Made by a program: the position numbers and the translations under genes | Part shown: positions 59,715-64,000 of the stretch, piece by piece | Layout: every line of letters starts with the position of its first letter | How positions within the stretch are numbered: the stretch's first letter is position 1 | Notes under the pieces: model-generated | Database searches by the model: none | Seen by the model: the letters and a program-made list of their open reading frames with translations, nothing else | Told to the model about the DNA's origin: nothing | Assembly (NCBI GenBank): GCA_964444835.1 | Contig: CAYUIT010000016.1 | Coordinates: 481-64,480 of the forward strand | DNA: 64,000 nucleotides | Direction of reading: 5' to 3' | Source: an uncultured Steroidobacteraceae bacterium | GTDB lineage: Bacteria > Pseudomonadota > Gammaproteobacteria > Steroidobacterales > Steroidobacteraceae

Positions 59715-59736
59715 CAAGTGATCGCTCGATCACTTG
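59715..59736. promoter_or_regulatory. 22-bp perfect palindrome CAAGTGATCG-CT-CGATCACTTG between the SDR stop and bufA
   Basis: 10-bp perfect arms with a 2-bp spacer, about 70 nt upstream of the bufA ATG. It could be an operator or a terminator-like hairpin for the SDR gene. Confidence 0.35.
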
Positions 59737-59785
59737 CTCACATCGGTACAGACCGTCGTCCCCAAGCACTTATTGCAAAGATTCA

Positions 59786-60538
59786 TTACAAAAACACATC
59801 GCCGCCGTTTGGACTGATGCACTGACCCTGGTAGTGGCGTCCCGCGTCGCTCGCCAAGAACACGTAGCTCGGCACGATGTCATCCACTGTTGCGATCCGG
59901 CCCAATGGAATGGCTTGGCGAATCTGTTCGAGAAGGTCGGGCGGCACGTCGGCCAACATGCGCGTTTGCGTTGCACCCGGCGCGACGCAATTGATATTCA
60001 CGCCGCGCTCGCCGATCTCGAGCGCGACGGAGCGCGTGAACGACAAGATTGCGCCTTTGGCCGCCGTGTAGGCGGCAAAGCCCGGTGCACCTTTATAGGC
60101 CAACTGTGAGGCGGTGTTGATGATCCTCCCCCACTTGCGCGCGTAGAGCAGCGGCAAGACGCGGCGCGTCATCAAGAAGGTGCCGCGCACATGTACCGCC
60201 ATCACGCGATCCCAGTGCTCGATCGGCATCGCCTCGACGGGCGCGCCCAAGGCAACGCCCGCGTTGTTGACGAGAATATCGATGTGACCAAACGCATCGA
60301 TCGCCGCTGCGACGAGTCGGGCGCAATCGGCATCGTCGCTCACATCAGCCTCGACGGCGATTGCACGGCCGCTGGCTGCCATGATCTCAGCAACGACCTC
60401 GCGCGCGGCGGCACTGTCTGCGCCGCTCGGACCATTCACGACGACGCACGCACCTTCACGTGCAAACGCGAGCGCGATTCCGCGACCGATGCCGGTCGCA
60501 CTGCCAGTCACGATGGCTGTCCGATTCGCTAACCGCAT
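59786..60538 (-). CDS. SDR-family oxidoreductase (FabG-like)
   Basis: 250 aa with TGSATGIGRG, NNAG and the catalytic Y..AYTAAKGA motif. Confidence 0.85.
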   Translation of the reverse strand: MRLANRTAIVTGSATGIGRGIALAFAREGACVVVNGPSGADSAAAREVVAEIMAASGRAIAVEADVSDDADCARLVAAAIDAFGHIDILVNNAGVALGAPVEAMPIEHWDRVMAVHVRGTFLMTRRVLPLLYARKWGRIINTASQLAYKGAPGFAAYTAAKGAILSFTRSVALEIGERGVNINCVAPGATQTRMLADVPPDLLEQIRQAIPLGRIATVDDIVPSYVFLASDAGRHYQGQCISPNGGDVFL

Positions 60539-60688
60539 CCGCTGTTCTCCTTGAGATGTGACGCCAGGAATCGATGATAGCCTTCCGCAGCGTCTGCGGC
60601 GCAGCGCATTGTGGTTCGATCGCCGTGCTTGTCACCCGATATATCCATCGGTATACATCGAGAACCAACCAAGAACAGGGAGTGGGAT

Positions 60689-61375
60689 TTGCTCGAGCCG
60701 GCCGAGTGGCAAGCACTGCGAACGAGTCTGACGGTCGCGACCTTGGCGGTGGTGGTCGCCCTGCCGCTGGCCGTCGCGACTGCGTGGCTGCTCGCACGAA
60801 AGCAGTTCCCCGGCAAGCTGCTGCTCGACGGGCTCGTGCACGCGCCGTTGGTGTTGCCACCCGTGGTGGTGGGCTACCTACTCCTGCTCACATTCGGTGT
60901 GCAAGGTCCGATCGGTGCATGGCTTGAGAGCACGTTCGACATCCGGCTCGTGTTCACGACGACAGGCGCCGCAATGGCTGCGGGCACCATGGCATTTCCG
61001 ATGATGGTTCGCGCGGTGCGCTTGTCCATCGAGGCGATCGACCCAGGTTTGGAGGTTGCCGCCCGCTCGCTCGGCGCACACCGCTGGGATCGCTTGCGCA
61101 CGATCACACTGCCGCTCGCATTGCCAGGGATCGTCGCCGCTGCGATCGTGGGCTTCGCCGCAGCGCTCGGTGAATTCGGCGCCGTGATCACTTTCGCGGC
61201 GAATGTTCCCGGCGAAACGCAAACGCTGCCACTCGCCATCTACAGCGCCTTGCAGACCCCAGGCGGCGAGACCACCGCACTCAAGTTGGCGCTCGTCTCA
61301 CTCAGCATCGCTCTGATTGCACTCGTCCTGGCAGAGTGGTTAGGCCGGCGAGCCCGCACGCTCGCATCGCGCTGA
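60689..61375 (+). CDS. modB: Molybdate ABC transporter permease
   Basis: TTG start at 60689 preceded by AGGGAG. The sequence ..LLEPAEWQALRTSLTVATLAVVVALPLAVATAWLLAR..FPGK and the EAA loop EVAARSLGAHRWDRLRTITLPLALPG are typical of ModB. Confidence 0.8.
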   Translation: MLEPAEWQALRTSLTVATLAVVVALPLAVATAWLLARKQFPGKLLLDGLVHAPLVLPPVVVGYLLLLTFGVQGPIGAWLESTFDIRLVFTTTGAAMAAGTMAFPMMVRAVRLSIEAIDPGLEVAARSLGAHRWDRLRTITLPLALPGIVAAAIVGFAAALGEFGAVITFAANVPGETQTLPLAIYSALQTPGGETTALKLALVSLSIALIALVLAEWLGRRARTLASR

Positions 61376-61376
61376 C

Positions 61377-62495
61377 ATGCTGCACGTTGCGACCCAGCAC
61401 TCCGTGGGCGGCTTCACGCTCGACGCCCGCATCGCGAACGAGAGCGGCGGCGTCACGGCGTTGTATGGTCCGTCGGGCGCCGGCAAGTCGACCATCCTCG
61501 GCATCGTCGGCGGCCTAGTCCAGCCCACTCACGCCACGGTCGTCGTGGGCGACACGACACTCCTCGATACCGCACGCCGCGTACACGTCCCGATGGAACA
61601 GCGACGGATTGGTTGGGTGTTCCAGGACTCGCGGCTGTTTCCACATCTAACGGTTGCGGACAATCTCGACTACGGTGCGCACCGCGCCGTACGCCTGCCG
61701 GCAAGCGCGGCCGTCGCCACCATCGAGCGCGACGCTGTCATCGCGACGCTTGGAATCGGTGCCTTGCTCTCGCGCAAACCTCATACGTTGTCGGGGGGTG
61801 AGCGCCAGCGCGTCGCGCTCGGTCGAGCGTTGCTGGCCCGGCCCCGCTTGCTATTGCTCGACGAGCCACTCGCGTCACTCGACATGGAACGCCGCGAGGA
61901 GATCCTGGAACTGATCGATCGGATCAAGCGCGAGTTCCGCGTGCCGATGATCTATGTCACTCACAGCCTCGGCGAAGTGCTGCGAGTCGCCGATCACTTG
62001 GTCGTTCTCGAAAACGGCCGAGTCGCCGAGCAAGGCCCCGTCGACCGATTGCTCGCCAATGCACAGTCGCCTTCGATCCGTAATCGGCCGGAGTTCGGCG
62101 CTGTACTAACAGGTGACGTAATCGAGTTCGATCCGGCGCGCTTTCTCGCGGTGGTGCGTGTCGGCGATGCCTTACTCCAGGTGAGTGCCTCGACGGGCGT
62201 TGTCGGCAGCACCGTTCGGGTGCATGTGCCCGCTCGTGAGGTCATTCTGGCGACCGCCAGACCGGCGCGCGTCTCGGTCCGAAACGTGTTGCCTTGTCAG
62301 GTGCTCGCCCTCACGCCAACGGACACCGGTACCGTTCATGTGCAGCTTGCCCTCGGCGCAACGCAGCTCGTCGCCTCGATCACGGCGGACGCCGTACGAG
62401 AGCTCGAACTCACGCCAGGTATTGAGGTATTCGCGCTGATCAAGTCGGCCTCGGTCGACTTGCCTGCCGGCGCCCGCTCGCTGCGCGTCAGTTGA
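61377..62495 (+). CDS. modC: Molybdate ABC transporter ATP-binding protein with a C-terminal Mop/TOBE domain
   Basis: 372 aa with Walker A GPSGAGKST, the signature LSGGERQRVALGRAL, Walker B LLLDEPLASLD and a TOBE-like C-terminus. Confidence 0.9.
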   Translation: MLHVATQHSVGGFTLDARIANESGGVTALYGPSGAGKSTILGIVGGLVQPTHATVVVGDTTLLDTARRVHVPMEQRRIGWVFQDSRLFPHLTVADNLDYGAHRAVRLPASAAVATIERDAVIATLGIGALLSRKPHTLSGGERQRVALGRALLARPRLLLLDEPLASLDMERREEILELIDRIKREFRVPMIYVTHSLGEVLRVADHLVVLENGRVAEQGPVDRLLANAQSPSIRNRPEFGAVLTGDVIEFDPARFLAVVRVGDALLQVSASTGVVGSTVRVHVPAREVILATARPARVSVRNVLPCQVLALTPTDTGTVHVQLALGATQLVASITADAVRELELTPGIEVFALIKSASVDLPAGARSLRVS

Positions 62496-62621
62496 GGTCA
62501 GCCGCTTGTCAGTCGCGACCCGCCCCGGCATCATGGGCCGGCGCTGCGTGCCCCGGTCTCCACCAATATAACGGCACGCGCCACGACCCTCGATAACGTC
62601 ATCATCAGGTAGGCAAACAAG

Positions 62622-63383
62622 ATGCTGGAACTCCTCTCGAGCCCTGAGGCATGGATCGCTTTTGCGACGTTGACCGCGCTTGAGCTCGTGCTCGGCATCG
62701 ACAACATCATCTTCATCTCGATCTTGGTGGACAAGCTGCCCGAAGCGCAGCGCAACCTGGCACGACGCATCGGCCTATTCATGGCCATGTTCATGCGCGT
62801 GGCATTGTTGTTAGTGCTGTCGTGGATCATAGGCCTCGTCAAGCCGATGTTCGTGATCTTTGGGCAAGAGATTTCGGGGCGCGATCTGATCTTGATCCTG
62901 GGTGGTCTGTTCCTCGTGTGGAAGAGCACGAACGAAATCCACGGCTCACTCGAAGGCGAAGAAGGTGATAAGTCCTCGGCGGTCAGAGCGACCTTCGCCA
63001 GCGTGATCATGCAGATCATGATCATCGACTTGGTGTTCTCGCTCGATTCGATCATCACGGCGGTCGGCATGGTCGACGACGTGCGCATCATGATCGCGGC
63101 CGTCCTCGTGTCCGTCGCATTGATGATGGTGTTTGCGCGCCCAATCGGCGAATTCGTATCGCGCCATCCCTCAATCAAGATGTTGGCGCTGTCATTCCTC
63201 GTGGTCGTAGGCGTCGTGCTGATCGCCGAAGGCTTCGACCACAAAGTGCCGAAGGGCTACGTGTACTTCGCGATGGCCTTCTCGCTCGGTGTCGAGATGC
63301 TCAACATCCGCATGCGCAAGCGGTCCAAGAAGGTCGTCGCACTGCACAGCCACTACGAGCCGGAGCGCCCACCAGCGAAGTAA
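62622..63383 (+). CDS. TerC-family integral membrane protein
   Basis: 253 aa. ALELVLGIDNIIFISILV and DLVFSLDSIITAVGM are the duplicated TerC motifs. Confidence 0.85.
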   Translation: MLELLSSPEAWIAFATLTALELVLGIDNIIFISILVDKLPEAQRNLARRIGLFMAMFMRVALLLVLSWIIGLVKPMFVIFGQEISGRDLILILGGLFLVWKSTNEIHGSLEGEEGDKSSAVRATFASVIMQIMIIDLVFSLDSIITAVGMVDDVRIMIAAVLVSVALMMVFARPIGEFVSRHPSIKMLALSFLVVVGVVLIAEGFDHKVPKGYVYFAMAFSLGVEMLNIRMRKRSKKVVALHSHYEPERPPAK

Positions 63384-63420
63384 CGCCGCGCGCGCGGGCG
63401 TGCCGGCGGATTATGTTACT

Positions 63421-63446
63421 CACGGCCCTCGAGGTTGAGGGCCGTG
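63421..63446 (+). terminator. Perfect 10-bp stem hairpin after the TerC gene
   Basis: CACGGCCCTC-gaggtt-GAGGGCCGTG, with only a weak T-tract (TCCTAT). It also lies directly upstream of the sigma-factor start. Confidence 0.5.
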
Positions 63447-63450
63447 TCCT

Positions 63451-64000
63451 ATGGCAGCCGATGTCATGCCACTCATACTCCGGAATGAGCGCATGGCTGA
63501 ACACCCTACACTGCCCAGTAATCCTCGCGTCGCGGTCACCGAGCTCGAGGCTTTGCATCGCGCGGCGTACTCCTGGGCCCTCACGCGCAGCGGCCAACGT
63601 CGCGCCGATGCCGCCGATCTGCTGCAAAGCGCCTACGCACGCATTCTCGATGGCAGCGCCAGGTTCGATGGTCGCTCCACACTCAAAACCTTTTTGTTCG
63701 GCATCATCGAGCGAGTTGCGCGCGAACAGCGGCGACGCGATCGTTTGCAGGCCCTGTTGCGCGGACGATTTCATACCGCACTCGCACCCAGCGAACCCGA
63801 GCCGCCGAGCCAAGCGACATCGACTCACGACATCGATCGCGTGCGCGCCGCTTTGCGCAACGTGTCGGCGCGTCAGCGCGACGTGCTCGAGCTCGTGTTC
63901 TACCGGGAGTGCACGCTCGAAGAAGCCGCAGCCATCATGCGTCTACCCGTGGGCACGGCGCGAACACACTATGAGCGCGGCAAGCGCGCGCTGGCTGCCG
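63451..64000 (+). CDS. ECF (sigma-70 family) RNA polymerase sigma factor, truncated by the right edge
   Basis: Absent from the track because no stop lies in the window. My own translation reads MAADVMPLILRNERMAEHP...LHRAAYSWALTRSG...DLLQSAYARILDG...TFLFGIIERVAREQRRR...RQRDVLELVFYRECTLEEAAAIMRLPVGTARTHYERGKRAL, covering regions 2 and 4. The start could also be 63466 or 63493. Confidence 0.8.
   Translation, partial: MAADVMPLILRNERMAEHPTLPSNPRVAVTELEALHRAAYSWALTRSGQRRADAADLLQSAYARILDGSARFDGRSTLKTFLFGIIERVAREQRRRDRLQALLRGRFHTALAPSEPEPPSQATSTHDIDRVRAALRNVSARQRDVLELVFYRECTLEEAAAIMRLPVGTARTHYERGKRALAA

Noticed and set aside
62496-62621. Possible yybP-ykoY (Mn2+) riboswitch in the leader of the TerC-family gene
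   Set aside because: The class is common upstream of TerC genes. However, I could not find its conserved GGGGAGUAG / CUUGACA-type blocks or a convincing four-way junction in these 126 nt by eye. A covariance-model search is needed.

Overview
This is a densely coding, high-GC chromosomal segment, judged by eye at roughly 60-65% G+C. Its gene content looks gammaproteobacterial of the Xanthomonadales/Nevskiales type, with three TonB-dependent receptors and LacI-controlled glycan loci. That taxonomic placement is an inference only. I support about 50 CDSs, mostly on the minus strand. I saw no rRNA, tRNA, CRISPR array, transposase or integrase.

The functional blocks are:
- 1-9.9 kb: 3-hydroxybutyrate/PHB-oligomer catabolism (GntP permease, 3HB-oligomer hydrolase, alpha/beta hydrolase, acyl-CoA synthetase, TonB-dependent receptor, TetR, 3HB dehydrogenase, FAD monooxygenase).
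- 9.9-17.9 kb: a sucrose-phosphorylase-type locus (ROK kinase, TonB-dependent receptor, CPA2 antiporter, GH13_18 phosphorylase, LacI).
- 18.0-38.6 kb: a large locus that looks like beta-1,2-glucan/sophoro-oligosaccharide utilisation. It has a CBM32-containing (alpha/alpha)6 protein, sugar ABC importer, GH144-like endoglucanase, GH1 beta-glucosidase, GH94 phosphorylase, flavin-halogenase homolog, Oar-like TonB-dependent receptor and two paralogous LacI regulators.
- 38.65-39.3 kb: a frameshifted SGNH hydrolase remnant.
- 39.4-44.6 kb: zwf-edd-eda plus an MFS sugar transporter.
- 44.6-57.3 kb: glutathione-dependent formaldehyde detoxification, a GGDEF-EAL protein, an M14 carboxypeptidase and miscellaneous genes.
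- 57.2-59.65 kb: a bufferin-type MNIO RiPP operon (DUF2282 precursor, DUF692, DUF2063, DoxX).
- 59.8-64.0 kb: an SDR, modBC, terC and an ECF sigma factor cut by the right edge.

The most unusual signal is not a gene. The AT-rich heptamer TTGTTAG/CTAACAA occurs 43 times by hand count, about once per 1.5 kb, in both orientations. It sits in four different coding frame/strand contexts and forces rare TTA/CTA codons. Exact 10-mers such as GAGTTGTTAG recur 9 times. This resembles a DNA-uptake-sequence-like or other genome-wide DNA-level signal. Two families of LacI-type palindromic operators also allow a tentative regulon reconstruction.
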